Translations under genes and position numbers: made by a program
The notes under the pieces: model-generated
Told to the model about the DNA's origin: nothing
Databases searched by the model: none
What the model saw: only the letters and a program-made list of their open reading frames with translations
Origin: Zygnema circumcarinatum SAG 698-1b
Lineage: Eukaryota; Plantae; Zygnematophyceae
Direction of reading: 5' to 3'
Length of the DNA stretch: 64,000 nt
Assembly (NCBI GenBank): GCA_037447605.1
Contig: CM074807.1
Coordinates: 4,045,004 to 4,109,003, forward strand
Part shown: piece by piece, positions 26,001 through 42,853 of the stretch
How positions within the stretch are numbered: the stretch's first letter is position 1
Layout of the letters: every line of letters begins with the position of its first letter

Positions 26001-27423
26001 CTCCAGAGGAGGTAAGTAGTTAACAATTCTGTACGATTTATGTTTACTGCTTCTGTGTTCCCGGCTTTTGTTTCTGTGGGTTTTCAGGGCTAGTAGAGTT
26101 TCATAGTTTGGAATCTTGTGTGCTTCTGAAGTACTGATCTCTATTTCTCGTAATGTGGCGGGTCTTCTGTTCCATAGGTGAACTATATCAATGCCCATGC
26201 AACATCCACAATTGTCGGGGACTTGGCGGAGGTGAATGCCATCAAGTCAGTCTTTGGAGATTCCAAAGAAATCAAAATCAACGCTACCAAGGTAGGTGAC
26301 AACAATCTGTTCAAATGTGAATCGACATAAATGCTTGTTTTCCCATGTTGAGCACTGACTTAGGACTCCCTTTATAAGACGAAATTAAAAGGAGAGATAA
26401 TCTAGGGAAATTGCAATCTTTGTGACGCGTTCTTTAATGTAAGTGCCATATGGCAACTACAACCTTTCTCTCTCTGTTTCAGTGATTTGTCGTATTGCAG
26501 GTGTACTCGGAATGCTAGAATGAATGGAATAAACCAGTAACGTTTACTGATAAACAAAAGATCAGTTCTAAGTATTGCCATTCTGTTGGATGATGTGGCA
26601 GTCGATGATTGGCCATTGTTTGGGCGCTGCGGGTGGCTTGGAGGCTATTGCCACCATTAAGGCCATCACTACTGGCTGGGTTCACCCTAGCATCAACCAA
26701 TTTGTGAGTACTGAAAAGCATTGAAGTACTGAAACGTGAGAGATAAGAGGCACTCAATTGGCTAGGACATTTTCACATAATAGGAGCAAGCTCTGAAATG
26801 CATTCAAAGTAGAGCTTGCACGCGAAGTATTTTGAAGATATTGAACGTGTGTTGGTACTTGGATCTCCTATTCGCGGCTCGAGGAATTTGATTGAATTTG
26901 ATTGTGTGAATGAATGAAAACAGAACCCCGAGGAGGCAGTCATATATGATACTGTGCCAAATGTGAAGAAAGCACACGAAATCCAAGTTGGTAATGTCGC
27001 GAAACCGTCCATACTTTTTCCTGTCTACAAAGGCAAACTAGAAAGTTAGTCGAACTTTTTTCTTAGTCAACTTGGTGTCGAGACTGACTAGCGTAGGCAG
27101 AGAGAGAGCGATAGAGAAAGAGAGAGAGAGCAAAAGAGAGTGGAGGAGGGAGGGTGGAATGTCTATATTTTCATTTTCCTCAGTCAACCGCATCCCTGCT
27201 CAGACATGTTTCTATGTGTCTTCTGCGAATTTGTGGATATTCATAAACCTCATAACTTTGAATTCTATATGGCTGTTACTCCAGAAACTCATTAGGCTTG
27301 TAGGCTTTCTTTATCTGTTTCAACTGTCTCACAACCACCTCCTGAGTTGCTGCAGGCATTTCCAACTCCTTTGGATTCGGTGGTCATAACTCCGTTTGTG
27401 TTTTCGCGCCCTACGTCGCCTAA
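23075..27423 (+). CDS. KAS1: Plastid beta-ketoacyl-ACP synthase I, copy 1 (9 exons)
   Basis: [26 protein letters not shown] and [12 protein letters not shown] are KAS I-type rather than KAS II-type. Catalytic Cys in [12 protein letters not shown]; His residues in INAHATST and [11 protein letters not shown]. Last exon [25 protein letters not shown] at 27421-27423. Confidence 0.93.
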
Positions 27424-28575
27424 AGTTGTAAGGTCGCTCAATTTTTTCGCGGTCACCAATTATTTCATAGTCACCTTCAGAATCTTCGCTACATTGCTTT
27501 CCTCGGCAACATCGTCAGAGTCTCTTGCGAGGAGCGCATGTGGAGCCGTCAGGAACTCATTTTTGAGTCTGCTCTTAACAGTTTTGATGTCTTCCTTTTC
27601 TCTATAGAAGCTAACGCGCAGGCCTTGCGGAACAGCTCTCCCTCACTCTCTCTGTCTCTCTCCCTTTCTTCACAGGCACACAGACGCTCCCTCTGTCTGG
27701 CTGTCTCTCACTCTCCCCCCTCCCCACTCTCCCCCTTTCTCTCATTCACTTTCTTATTTCACGGAGCACTACAGTACACGCAGTACTGCCCTTTCCTAGG
27801 GTTTGCTTTTGGCACTATGTCAGCTTTTGACTCCCGCAAAGCTCCTTCAGGCGTAGCGTCCTAGTAATCTCCTCTTCATAGGAGCGTTCTCTAGTTGTAT
27901 GTGCAGCGTTGTTGCTAGGTGCCAACTTTTCATGTTCAACACAATTGCCATGAGGAGAAAAGGTGTGAATGAGTCTGTTTTGGTTGTTGTGTTGGTTTGA
28001 CTGTGCTCTAGTGACATGTAGTTTCAATAAGTAAATTCATGATATTTCCACCACATCTGCTAAGTAATCTTGACTCTTGCTGGCTTCGGGTTTTAGGGTT
28101 TGGAAGGCTTTTTGGGTGCTTGTGTGCTTTGTGGCATGAACATCTCTGTCACTGTTTCAAGCGAATGTAAAGTTTCGAACTTCAGGCTGTGACAGAGTGG
28201 GCACTCGCTTCATTCTGATTTTGGATACAAGGATTCATACTTACAACGCTGAAGGGCTTCATACTTAGAAATCATGGACAGACTAAGAATTTGAAATCCA
28301 ATACAAGTTTTCCTGAGAAATAAGTGGTCACGGCTAAACAAATATTGCTGCCTTTGAAACCATATCTAAGGAAAAGCTGTTCGCCTTTGAAGGTTGAATA
28401 GCAGAAATGCACTCGAATTCCACTTTTTTTTTTTATTCCTAGCTCACTAGTGAAGGTTGACCTCAGGACCACAGCCTCGGCTTCAAGACGATGGGGCCAC
28501 ACGCTGAAAGGAAAGCGGCTCAGTTTTTTGCAATAAACCTCATTCAAGCTCGGTTTGGAATTTCTGCAAGCCGGG

Positions 28576-29292
28576 ACACGTGGCGAGCGCTGGTTGGACA
28601 AAGTGGATTGCAAATGGAGCAAGGGAATTTTTGAGATTTTTGAATCCGCTTCATGGAACTGCAGTCTGACTTTTTTTTTCCTTAATAACGTTTTTTCCTG
28701 CCCAAACTTCCAGCCGATTTCTTATTGGCTCACAGCCACGCGGGCAGCCAATCTTAAACCACAAAACGACAATCTCACCATCAGGAAAAAAAAAGTGCCG
28801 ACATGCACTGGGGCCACTGGCGGGGTGACACGTGGTGGTTCTTCCGCCGTCCGATGCGTCAAATTGAGGTCCGCCAGTCGAACCAATGCGGCGCCTCTTT
28901 CACACATGCGAGCCTCGAATGTGGAGCGGCTCCGGGACCTATCCGGAAGGAACTGCGGCAGGGTGGCCCAAGGCCGCATCGGACGGCTCCTAGCGAGCCA
29001 CGTCGCAAATACTGCGCGGTACAATTCCCAAAAAGTGCGTAAAAGGTCCAACCCGGCGGCCCACGTGCCACCCACGGCTCGTCCGTTCCGCGGAAGGGAA
29101 AATGCGCGTCGCTGACACGGTAGGGCTCACCGACCTACGGCCCACCGACCTACGGCCGCCGCCGGGCGCCCACGCGGGGAGCGGACAACGGTCCGACTTT
29201 TCAACGTCATAAGGGGCCCGACTGCGGGCAGGAAAAAAACCACATTTCACAATGCCCCGGTCCGCGGTCAGCCAAACGTCTTCCACGTGGCA
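28576..29292. promoter_or_regulatory. GC-rich G-box/ABRE cluster upstream of the Raf-like kinase
   Basis: ACACGTGGC at 28576, CACGTG at 28829, GCCACGT at 28997, CCACGTG at 29061 and CCACGTGGC at 29283, plus a direct repeat CCGACCTACGGCC x2 at about 29131-29158. Confidence 0.35.
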
Positions 29293-30019
29293 CATATTTA
29301 TTGGCCAGCGTCCCAGTTACTTGAATTTTTAGTACTACCCGACAACCGGAAATTCGACAATATTTTTCTCCGTCCAAGACCCGAAAAACGGGCAGAAAAA
29401 ACATCCGCCAGCTGCCCGGAAAGACGCTTGGTCACGAACCCGTTCCGTGTCCTCTGCTCGGAAGTCGGTGCGCGCAATCATTGCATCGTGGCTGGACCAG
29501 ATCGACGGTCCAGACCAGGTCAACGATTCGATTTAAAATCGAAAAAAGATAGGAAGGAATCTATTATTTACACAGCTTTTGGAAAGATACACACCTTTTC
29601 AGTCAAAAAAAACTTGAAAACCCCAAAAATTGGCAGGTGAAGAAAGGTGTGTATTTAGCCATGAAAGGTGTGTACCTATCTTACCAGAAAAGGTCAATCG
29701 TTGACGACTGCCGACTCTCGTTGGCCAATGGCCATCCAAAGGCGGCCGCGTGCCGACAACTGGCGCCGCGTCAAAGAGAGGGCCGTCGGACAGTCGCAGG
29801 GCCTCTCCCTCTCTCCCTCGCCCGCTGCCGCTCCCTCTCCCTCTATCGCTCTCGCTCTCGCTTTTCTGCTCGCTCTTTTGCTCCCCTGATCCCACTCTCG
29901 CCCCCCCTATCTCTCTTTCTCTTTCCCCCTCTTCCCCACTCCCTTCCGCTCCCTCTCCCTCTATCAATCTCGCTCTTCCGCTCCATCTCCCGCTCTCACT
30001 CTCCCTCTTTCAAACTCCT

Positions 30020-30145
30020 TCTCCCTCTCCCCCTCCCACTCCCTCTCCCTCTCCCTCTCCCTCTCCCTCTCCCTCTTCCTATCCCTCTCCCTCTCCCTCT
30101 CCCTCTCTCTCTCCCTCTCCCGCTCCCTCTCCCTCTCCCTCTCCT
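30020..30145 (+). repeat. (CTCTCC)n hexamer tract in the presumed 5' leader of the Raf-like kinase
   Basis: Directly visible imperfect CTCTCC repeats. Confidence 0.85.
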
Positions 30146-30239
30146 CTCCTTCTTCCCCCCTCTCGTTCCTAAAAACCGAAGACCTTACCCCAATATACGC
30201 ATCAACGGAGCTCCTATCAGAAGTCCTGAGACCCACGCC

Positions 30240-32326
30240 ATGAGCCCCCCTCCCCCCCACACAAAAGCCACGGAGAAAGCCCCAGATTGCTCCACGTGGA
30301 AGATCGAACCGTCTGAGTTGAATTTGGGCCCGCAGATTTCGGAGGGGAGCTCCGGCCGCGTTCTGATGGGGCGGTACAAAGGGCAGCGCGTGGCCGTGAA
30401 GGAGTACTTCCAGGAGCGGGAGGGCTGCCACGTGGCAGCCTCTGAGAGGGACCGCGAAGCTGCCATGCTCGCGCGCTCGCACCATCCCAACATTGTGAAG
30501 GTTTGGGAAACCATCCCTCTAAGATTTCATTCACATGTTGTGTTGGGTCTCTTCAATTCTCCCATACTCTCATCTTTCTTCTCTATATGCTTAGCTTCTT
30601 ATCTTTCTCTCCCTCTCTATTTCCATCTATCTTGCTTCAGTTTTGCAATCACTTTCCCCTCTCCACCTTCCTGTGCCGCTCTCCTTCTAGGGCCCCCCTT
30701 CTCTCCCTGCCTCCCCCTCTCTCCCTCCCTGCCCCCCTCTCTCCATCCCTCCCTCCTCCCTCCTCCCTCCCTCCCTCCCTCCCTCCCTCCCTCCCTCCCT
30801 CCCTCCCTCATTATTCCTGCCTCTCCCACTTCTACTCGCCCTTCCTTCCCCTCTCCCACTCCCCGTCTCCCTCCGCCTCTCCCTCCCACCTTCCCTCCCC
30901 CTTTTCACCCACTCTGACACTCCCCAACATCCCCTTCCCCTCCCGCCACCTCCAATCCCTCTCCCTTCCCCCCCCCATCGCCGCCATCGCCCTCCACTGA
31001 CCACCCTTCCAAGGCCTCTCTCCCCGCCCCTCCCGCCCCTTCCTGCATCTTCCCCTCCCTGTCCATCTCCCTCTCCCTCCCTCACGTATCTTCTCCCCCT
31101 CTGAATGCAGTTCATTGGCACGTGTGAACTCGCCTCCTGTTCGTGTATTGTTATGGAGTACCTCTCGGGAGGAGATTTGTCGCAGTACATCGCCAGGCAG
31201 GAGGGGGCCCTTCACCTGCAAGACTCTCTCCTTATCGCTCTCGACATCGCCAATGGGATGAACTATCTGCACCAGCAGGTGCTAGGACTAATGCGAAGCT
31301 ATCGTAGAATGCAATCGTCCTCTCTTTCTCTCTCTCTCTCTCTCTCTTCCTCCCTCCCTGTGCATCACTGCTGGCCTTCACATTCTGTAATGCTCACATT
31401 TCCTCACAATCTTTCTGCAGGGAATGGTGCATCGCGATCTTAAGCCGATGAATGTGATTTTCTCCGAAGATGGAGTGTGGAAACTTGCTGACTTCGGAAC
31501 TGCGAGGCTGTCGGGGAAATGTACCGACATGACTGCCGAGAGCGGGACGTATCGGTGGATGGCGCCAGAGGTATAGATTAGCTATCTCTTCCTGATCCTT
31601 TTCGGAATTTCATTGGTAGTTCTGGTTCTTGACAGCTGGGTTCTCCTGAATATCTCTAAAAATGAAACCGTACAGGTGTAGTTTGCTCGCTTGCAGCTCC
31701 GCTTGAAGTTTCCAATTGAAGTGTTTTCAGGAGAGAAGAGAAGAGTTGCAAGAGATTAGCTTCATCTTATATGTGAGCTGTGGTCTGGGCCAGATGGTGA
31801 GCTCATGCTCTTACACGCACAAGGTGGACGTGTACAGTTTTGGACTTGTTTTGTGGGAGCTCATTGCCGGAGAGGTTCCTTTTCGAGAGATGAGCTCCAC
31901 CCAAGTAGCTTTTGCGGTCACAATTAAGGTGAGCTCTCCATTAGTATTACCCTGTTCTTTTGTGTTGAAAAAGGTTAAAGTTCAACTCCATTTCATGTCC
32001 TCTCTCCTTCCCTCGTACTTAATTGTTTAATCTTTGTGGGTATGCAGCATCTTCGGCCGAAGATTCCAGACAGATGCCCCCCAAACCTCGCGAGCTTGAT
32101 CCAAAGTTGCTGGCACAAAAACCCTTCTCGCCGTCCTGAATTCTCAAACATCATCACTCAGCTAGAACGCATCATGGTGAAGGTGATGATGTCGAAGATG
32201 CCGCGACGAAACCTGTCGAGCCAAAAGGTCTCTTTGGGGAGGCAAAAGCACTGCAAGCCGTTGGTCCAGAGGTTTCTGAGCTATACAAAATTAGTCGTGC
32301 TATCTTCAAGACTTGCTGCAATATAG
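30240..32326 (+). CDS. Raf-like (TKL, group C MAP3K; HT1/STY-like) kinase, essentially kinase domain only
   Basis: Five exons (about 30240-30500, 31111-31278, 31421-31570, 31795-31928, 32048-32326). Motifs: WKIEPSEL..GPQISEGSSGRV, VAVK, HHPNIVKFIG, HRDLKPMN, KLADFG, GTYRWMAPE, KVDVYSFGLVLWEL, CWHKNPSRRPEF. Confidence 0.9.
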
Positions 32327-34525
32327 CTAGTAATTATAATAATAATCGAGTGGGAGTGATTGGTTGTGCAGAAACAGGTTCAGATGTACATTTTGTATAT
32401 AATTTTTATTTTGTCAAATATAGTTTTACCAATTCTGCTCACAGAACTAGAAAAAAGTTGTTCCATAAATGACAGCATTTAACTACTTGAGAAACCTACA
32501 GGAAGATGCGAACCTTTTCTTTCCACCTGCTGTAAGAATTGGGTTCGCTTTCTCGCCCTATTGAGCACCAATATGATGCTGCTAGTCACTAGAGCTGCAG
32601 GCTGTGAATGTTTTGTGGTCAATCAAAACCTTTTACAGAGAACTAAACTATTATCTGTGAGATAATAGAAAGCCAAAATGATGAAACAAACCGCAATTGA
32701 TCAGACCAACTGAGCCAGTATATTCCTCTTCAGCATCAACCTAATCAAGCAAGACGTAAGAAAGTCCCATTACAGTTTGCTTGAAGAACGAGCGTGTTTT
32801 TTTGTTTTGAAGTCGCTCTTACCAAAGCATATATTCACATCCTTTGTTCTCCGTTATTCTCTCTAGATTTTCTGCCATTTTACTGCCAACAGGTACCACC
32901 ATGGAAGCTATTTCAGTTCCTCGCTCCCAGTCAACATCACCCTCTCTCTTCGTCCAACCCTCTCCCCGCTCAGTATACGGAAAGGGCTCCAAGTCCTTTC
33001 GCGCAGTCGCTTTCGTGACGTGACATCCGGCTCCTCGTTTCTTTGGTCCGCCGCCGCCGGCGCGTCGCCGACGGACGTAGCAGCCCCATGCAGAAAAAAG
33101 AAAAAAAATGCAAAAATCCAAAATTTCTCGATGTGGGCCCGAAATAAACAGTGAATCCCCAAAAACGGAAGTTCCGCGTCGCCAAAAATTGCGCCCCCGT
33201 CAATTTCCGAGAGCATCTCCTGACGAAGATTTTGACGGGTACGAATGTGCGCGAACCCGCCGTCGTAATCACACGCATCGACGGTGAGGAGAGGGTGCAA
33301 GGAGGGCTCTGAAAAGACCGGCGGCCATGCAAGCTCCTTCAGGGGAAGGTGTCGGACGCAAAAGTCCCCAGAGGCTTTACATTTCAGAAGGGGTTTGAGG
33401 AGCATTATAAAAAGAGAGACCTTTGATTGACGGTGATGTTTCTGTTGCAGTGAATGCAGGAGGGAGGTGTGGTAGGGGAGAGAGGAGGGAGGGTGGAAGG
33501 GTGGAACAGCGGAGAGTAGAGGAGGAGGTGCTGAGAATAGGAGAGGCTAAGTGGAGAATGTTGGTTCAGGTGAATTCAAAATGAATTATATTCTTAAAAT
33601 GAGAGCATTAGTAAGCATATAAAAGGCTGGGGGAAAGCGACATTGAGATCAATACACGTATTTTTTGAGTTAAAAAGGTCTGAGATGGCGAAGTTTCTAC
33701 AGTTTATGCGAGGCAGATCTACCCAAGAAGTTTTACCCCATATCAATGAAGCTGAGAACTCTTCTACTGAACCCACTTCTGAAGTCGATCAGTCGGAGAA
33801 TCAGGAAGTGCAGCAACAGGGAGAAGGCAGGACAAATGTGGGAGCTGATGTTGACATAGAAGCACGTGAAGCCCCTATTCTCTTTGACGTTGACTTGAAC
33901 AGCACAGAGACGGGTACGTGACACTCTATTAACTCTATTAACTTCTCTCTATATCTCTCTCTCTTTCCCCCTCCCCCCCCCCCCCTCCCCTCTGTGTGTG
34001 AAAAAATGTCCACACACCAAAAGCTCATTTTTTCTTCTTTTTTTCCCCTTTTTTTTCAATTCCTGATCCTCATTTCCTTTGTGCAGCATCCCCCCCGAAC
34101 TCAGTCGAGTCCCGACTTGGTGATACTGTACCGACGGAATCAATCATGGAGCTGCGACCGATCTCAAGGAAGACCGGAATGGTGGTCGTTCACATGCCCA
34201 ATGAAGCAGCTGTGAATGAGTTTGAGGACAGTCCATTGAGCACGGAGAGACCCCGGGAGGGAGACGGCAGCAGGTCCTGGAGGGCGCGCCTTGGAGTGAC
34301 GGCGATGCAGTCGGATGCGTCACAGATAGACACAATTTCAACCATTGAAACGTTCTTGCCAAAGGTCAGCTGAGAGAAGAAGTAAACTACGCATGTGGAG
34401 GGAGAGTTGGAGGAAGGTTTGGTCGAATGAGGAGATACAGAATAGAGGAGGTGGCCGATGCGGGGAGGATGGGGTTGGGAGAGGGAGGGTGAGGGAGGGA
34501 GAGGGAGGGAGAGGGGGGGAGAGGG

Positions 34526-34535
34526 NNNNNNNNNN
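34526..34535. other. Assembly gap (10 N) in a G/A-rich intron tract; others at 41582-41591 and 63990-63999
   Basis: N runs are directly visible. Confidence 1.
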
Positions 34536-35830
34536 AGGGGGAGGGAGAGGGAGGGAGCGGGAGGGGGAGGGAGGGGGAGGGAAGGGGAGGGAGAAGGCAG
34601 AGGGAGGGAGAGGGAGGGAGGGAGAGGGAAAGGGAGGGTGAGGGCCGGCTTTAAGGAATGGAATCAAGGGGAGAAACTAAAGATGGGGAGCGAGACTGAA
34701 GGAAGGAGGTGGGGAGGTGGGTGGGGGGGAGAGGATAGCAAGCCCTTCAGGTCTCTCCTTCAGAGTCACAAGTATCTCAACTGAATTGAACCAACCTAAG
34801 CCATCTCTTAGAAAACCCTTGATGGACTCAAATTTCCATTACTGCGAAACAAAAATACTACTCTGAAATTTCAGTACTTTGTCGGCGGTCTGCAGGCACC
34901 AAGCATGTACAGTCGTTGGGGGTCGGAGCTCTCCGAAAGTCACAAGAGCAACATGTCGATCCAATTCGACTCTGAGTCAACCCTTAATGATGCTCCGGCT
35001 CAGAAACCGCCAATGCACTATCACACATTCATTGTGTTTTGCATCACGAGTGGAACCATTCTCCTGCTTTTGGGGTTCAACCTCTACACCAAGATCATTC
35101 GAAGTATCAACGACCACCGCTGGATTCGGTTTTGGGACGTCATCTTCTTTCCATGGGTAAGTCGAAGGCAAATGTAGACCTTAGATATAGAACTTTGCTT
35201 AGTTTTTTGTTTGTTTTGTAAATTTGCCACTATGAAACTTTCAAGCTTCATCTTTGATGCAGCAAGAAGAGGTTTCTCCGTTGGTTGAAGTCATGCTAAA
35301 GCAAATTTTTTTTTTGGGTTCCAGTTTGCCTTTGTGATGTATTTCGCAGTCCACGTTTTATTTACAAACATTTTCTCCTCTTTGGGTCCCGTCGCCCATA
35401 CATACCACAACTCCAAGTATTACTCCGTGAACCCTACACCGAATACAAAGGGACCTCGCCCACTCGTCACCGTTCAGGTATGAACGTTAATCTTCGTTTC
35501 TTAAGGGAAAGGGAAGAGAGAATGAAAGGGAAAGGAAAGGGTTAAGTAAATGTGGCTCATTTTCTCGAAACTTTAACAGTATTTTTTATATACGAACAAA
35601 AAGTAAAGTTTTGACGAGTGGACTGATGCAGATCCCCGTGTACAAGGAGTCCTTCGTGCTCACTCTGAAGCCCACTCTTCTCTCGGTCTTAGATGCGTGC
35701 TGGTGAGTTTGAACTCAGAGCATTCTTGTTCCAACACTCTTCCATTGCTTATTCAGCTTTCGTCGAAGACTGTCTCGTTTTCATCCCAAACCTTTGCACT
35801 TCATTCATTCGTTCACTCGCAGTTTTCGAT

Positions 35831-35912
35831 CTGGTTGAATGAACTAGTTGAATGAACTGGTTGAATGAACTGGTTGAATGAAACTGGTTGAATGAACTGG
35901 TTGAATGAACTG
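35831..35912 (+). repeat. 13-bp tandem repeat (CTGGTTGAATGAA)x6, intronic
   Basis: Six near-identical units are directly visible. Confidence 0.9.
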
Positions 35913-36854
35913 CCCCCCTACATAGGCAATACGAGGAACATGGAGGGCAAGCCAACGTGGTAGTGTAGACAAAATGCTGTGCTCTCAGCAGAGCACCAAG
36001 AGAGCAGACCTTCTCTGCGAGAGCCATGAAATCCCATGTGTTGGCTGACCCAGCCGCAAAAGAAGGAAGGTCAAGAAGGCTAGAAGCTTAATTGGAATGA
36101 ACTTAAGCTTAGAAATCAACGCAAGTCAGCTTGGAAAAGCTTGAAGTCGCGCTACACTAGTATAAGAAATTCAAGAGGTAAACGTTTCTTTTCCAACCCA
36201 AGAAGGTGGGGTTAAAACCTTTGCTTGTTATCTGCTGTACATCTCAGCTTACAGAAACTTCGACGTCGTTGCTTTTGTACAACTAAACAAGGGTAAAAAA
36301 GGAAAAAGCAAGCAATTTTAGAAGAATACTGAAAGTTTAAGGTAACTGATGTGAAGAGATAAAATCAGATAAGCGCATGAACAGTTTTCGGGCCACAGCG
36401 ATTTGCAACTCAAAGACTTCTCTTTCATCGACAGTGACTGGAATACTGAGCTATCTGCTCCCACTCATGTGTCTGAATGAGGAGCCTTTCCCAAAGGTCA
36501 TCATTCAGAATTTGACTAGTCCCTCCAACAGTCTGCTCCTGTAATCCTTGACACGTGGCGGCTGATTTACCCACAGAACAGCCATATTTCTCTGTTGTGG
36601 ACTATGGCAGGGCTACCTCCAAAAGCCTGAGACGAGAATACTAAAGAGTTTCTTCATAGGATGAGAGCTGTGCAGGTCTTTGACTATTGGGAGAATGCAA
36701 TTTCGCACTTCACTCGAATGGTGTATAGTGTCGCTATCCTTGTTGCGTGTAGCGGCGGAGACCCAGCGCCGCTTGTTGGGCATAATGTCTTCCTGCGATG
36801 GTCGGCTGCTCAGGTGAACACCAAAAAGAGGATAATTGCACTTGCCATATCCCT

Positions 36855-39920
<3,066 letters not shown>

Positions 39921-41591
39921 CCCCTCCTCTCCCCTTGGCTGTCTCTCTCTCCTCTCCCTCTCTCTCTCTCTTGCTCTCTCCTTCTCTCCCCTTTGCTATC
40001 TCTCTCTCTCTCCCTCTCTTGCTCTCCCTTTCTCTCCCCGTTGCTGTCTCCCTCTCTCTCCCTCTCTTGCTCTCCGCTCTCTCCCTTATGTATGTTCTCT
40101 CTCTCTCTCCTACTCCTCACAATGGGTTAGTCCACACTTCAAAATGTAGTCAAAAGTAAAGTTCTATCTCACTGACGATCTCCTCTCTCTCCCTCCCTCC
40201 TCCTCCACTGCCCTCGCTCCGCCTCTCAGATCGCCTTTCCTCCCTCATCCTCCACCTCTCCCCCATGCTTCCTCTCCCTTCGTCCTCTTCTTTGGCCAAT
40301 AGGAAGTTGCGACGTTCAACAGCAACGAGCAGCAATGGAAGTTTTGGTCCGAAGAATGTGTCAGTGAATTTGGTTGCGGCATGCGCTTGAGATAGAAGGT
40401 TCAGTCAATCGTTTTGCAACTCCTTGATGGCTTCAAAAAAGATGATTTCAAGTGATAAGAGTAGCGATACAAAAAATCTACATTTGGGCAGCTGAAATGC
40501 TCATTAACCCAATCAGTCAATGGTTCCGCCGCGGAATCATACCCAAAGTTTTCTGGAGGTATATGTGGACGAAGGAAATACCTATTCAGGCAAGGTGAGT
40601 CGAAGATACTTGGCCGAATTTGGCTGAGATGATATTGCTTGGATCTAGTCGGAGTTCTGATGACAAGTAAACGTTAGAGAATATTTTGAGTCTCCCCTTT
40701 CTTACCTCATTTTGGCCTGCGTTCTGCTTTTGGGTTGTGAACAGATTTACCCTTCTTGGGTATCTTGGAACTTATTTCGCCATTGCCTCTGCCCCTCTGG
40801 CGGTGCTCCTCAACTACTTTGCGTTCCACTACTTCCCAATGTATCGCTTTGAAACTACGCATAGCGTTGACATCACGGTGGTCACTTTCATTATTTTTTT
40901 CGGCATTGCTCCGCTCGGAACATGCATAACAAAGTGGGTCCAATTTCATGCTTTTTAACAATTGGGGCTGTCTTGATGATTTGAAAAGGATCTTTTATTT
41001 TGCTTTGATGATTTCACAGACCTCTGCGGCCCCCCTCCCTTCGGACCCTCTCTCATTCCACCCTCTTTCTCCTCTGTACAAACACTTATAAGAGCGTAGA
41101 GTAGACTCGCATTCAAGCAATACTTCAATCACACTCACAGAAAGTCTGCGATTGCTTCTTCCTTGCATTCGTAACCAACCGTAACCAACCATTCATCTCC
41201 AACCACTATTGCTCTTTCGCCTTCTGACAGGTATCGACTTGGGCTGCGGTGCAACCTTTTTGAGGAGTACCGCCCCTCCCTCATTTTCCTCATCTTCTTT
41301 AGTGGCCTCGGATGCCATCTGCTCATAGCCATCATGTGTCATCTCTTGTCCGTCAACATGACCTTCGGCATCACCAAGAAAGAAATCGAACACACAAACT
41401 TCTTCAAAGAGGTAATCCCTCCCTCTCCTCTCTCTCAACCCCCCCTCTCTCTCGCCTTCCTCTACTTCTTTCCTCTCCCTCTCTCTCTCCTCCTTTTCCT
41501 TCCTGTCCCACTCCCCCCTACCTCTTTCCCTCTCGATCCCACTCCCACTACTCCCCAACCCCCTCCTCCCCCCCCCCCCCCNNNNNNNNNN

Positions 41592-41628
<37 letters not shown>

Positions 41629-42853
41629 CCCCTCCTTTTCCCTCTTATTTTGAACTCCCATTTTCTTCGCCTGATCTCCAAAACTGTGGGACGTTTTGTA
41701 GGTAAAAAACACAGTGAGAGCATATTGGGGGCTCTACATTTGGGTCATTTTGGGCACAGCGATGATGGTGGGACTGTACTTCGTCCCGGAGCCCTATCGT
41801 ATTCGGGACTTCTTTGCACTGTTCCCGTTGGGGTGGCTTCTTTTTTTCCACTTTTTTGCTCCAATTCTCTTGAATCCTGTTCTCATGCTGTTCAAGTATT
41901 AGAGGGAAAATGGCTGGAACAAGCACTGAGGCAGCTTTATTAAGCATAGGAGGATTAGTTTAAGGATTATCAGAAGGGGTTTTCCAAAGCATACCTCGTG
42001 ACTCATAGGAGCACTTTGGAAAGGAGGATGTGGCATTGACCTCACGATGGCGATGATGCCATCAAATGTACATGGCCAAAAGCATCATGGGGAACCACGA
42101 GGAACTGGTCGCGAAAGGACCTGAGGACTACGGAAAGGCTTATCATAAATAAAGAGACAGCATTGTGACCATTCTATGCGCTTGGAAGGCTCTACTGGCG
42201 AATTACATGTGCAGCAGTTGGACATATCCACGTCATGTTTAGGATATTAGTGTGTCAGACGATGTTTCATGCGGCTTTCATAAAGGCAAGTGTCCTGATT
42301 CCGGAACCAGTAAAAGCTGTTTCAACTGAGATGACGCCATTGATGACCTGTGGGAATAAGCAAACCTCCGTCCAACCTTTTGAGCACACATTGTGATGGA
42401 GAAGCTCTTTAAACGATCGTGTTACCAGTAACTCGTTCTGAACCAGCACGACTACGTGTCTATCTGACAGCATAGTGTAGTCAGAGGAGGTTGAGGGGAA
42501 GAGAGGGTTAGAGAAGGGGGGGGGGAGGGGGAGTGAGAGGAAGGGGGGGGAAGGGAGTGAGAGAGAGAGAAAAAGTTACATGATATTTTAGCGAGAGAGA
42601 GGGATATGATTACAAAAACAAAAAACAAAAGTAGTCCACCAGAGGGCTTCCACATTCGAGGCATCACAACTCCACACAAGGAGGGCCTTTCGAAGGCATC
42701 ACGCGGGGCACTCGTTCCACACAACTTAGAGCCCCCCTCTCGAGGGGAAAATGAAGTTCTTGAAATAAGGTGCTACAAACAAGAGAGAGAGAGAGCAAAA
42801 AGACTGCGACTAACTGCTCTACACACCCATCTCTCTCACCTAACCCTACAAGT

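Noticed and set aside
27500-28560. Possible small gene after KAS I (telobox at about 27797, ATG SAFDSRKAPS)
   Set aside because: I could not build a convincing spliced ORF or recognise a motif.
29637-30239. N-terminal extension of the 426-aa ORF (LPLPLP...)
   Set aside because: It is a low-complexity CTCTCC leader. Kinase homology and a good ATG context start at 30240, and the ORF's 3' part reads into an intron.
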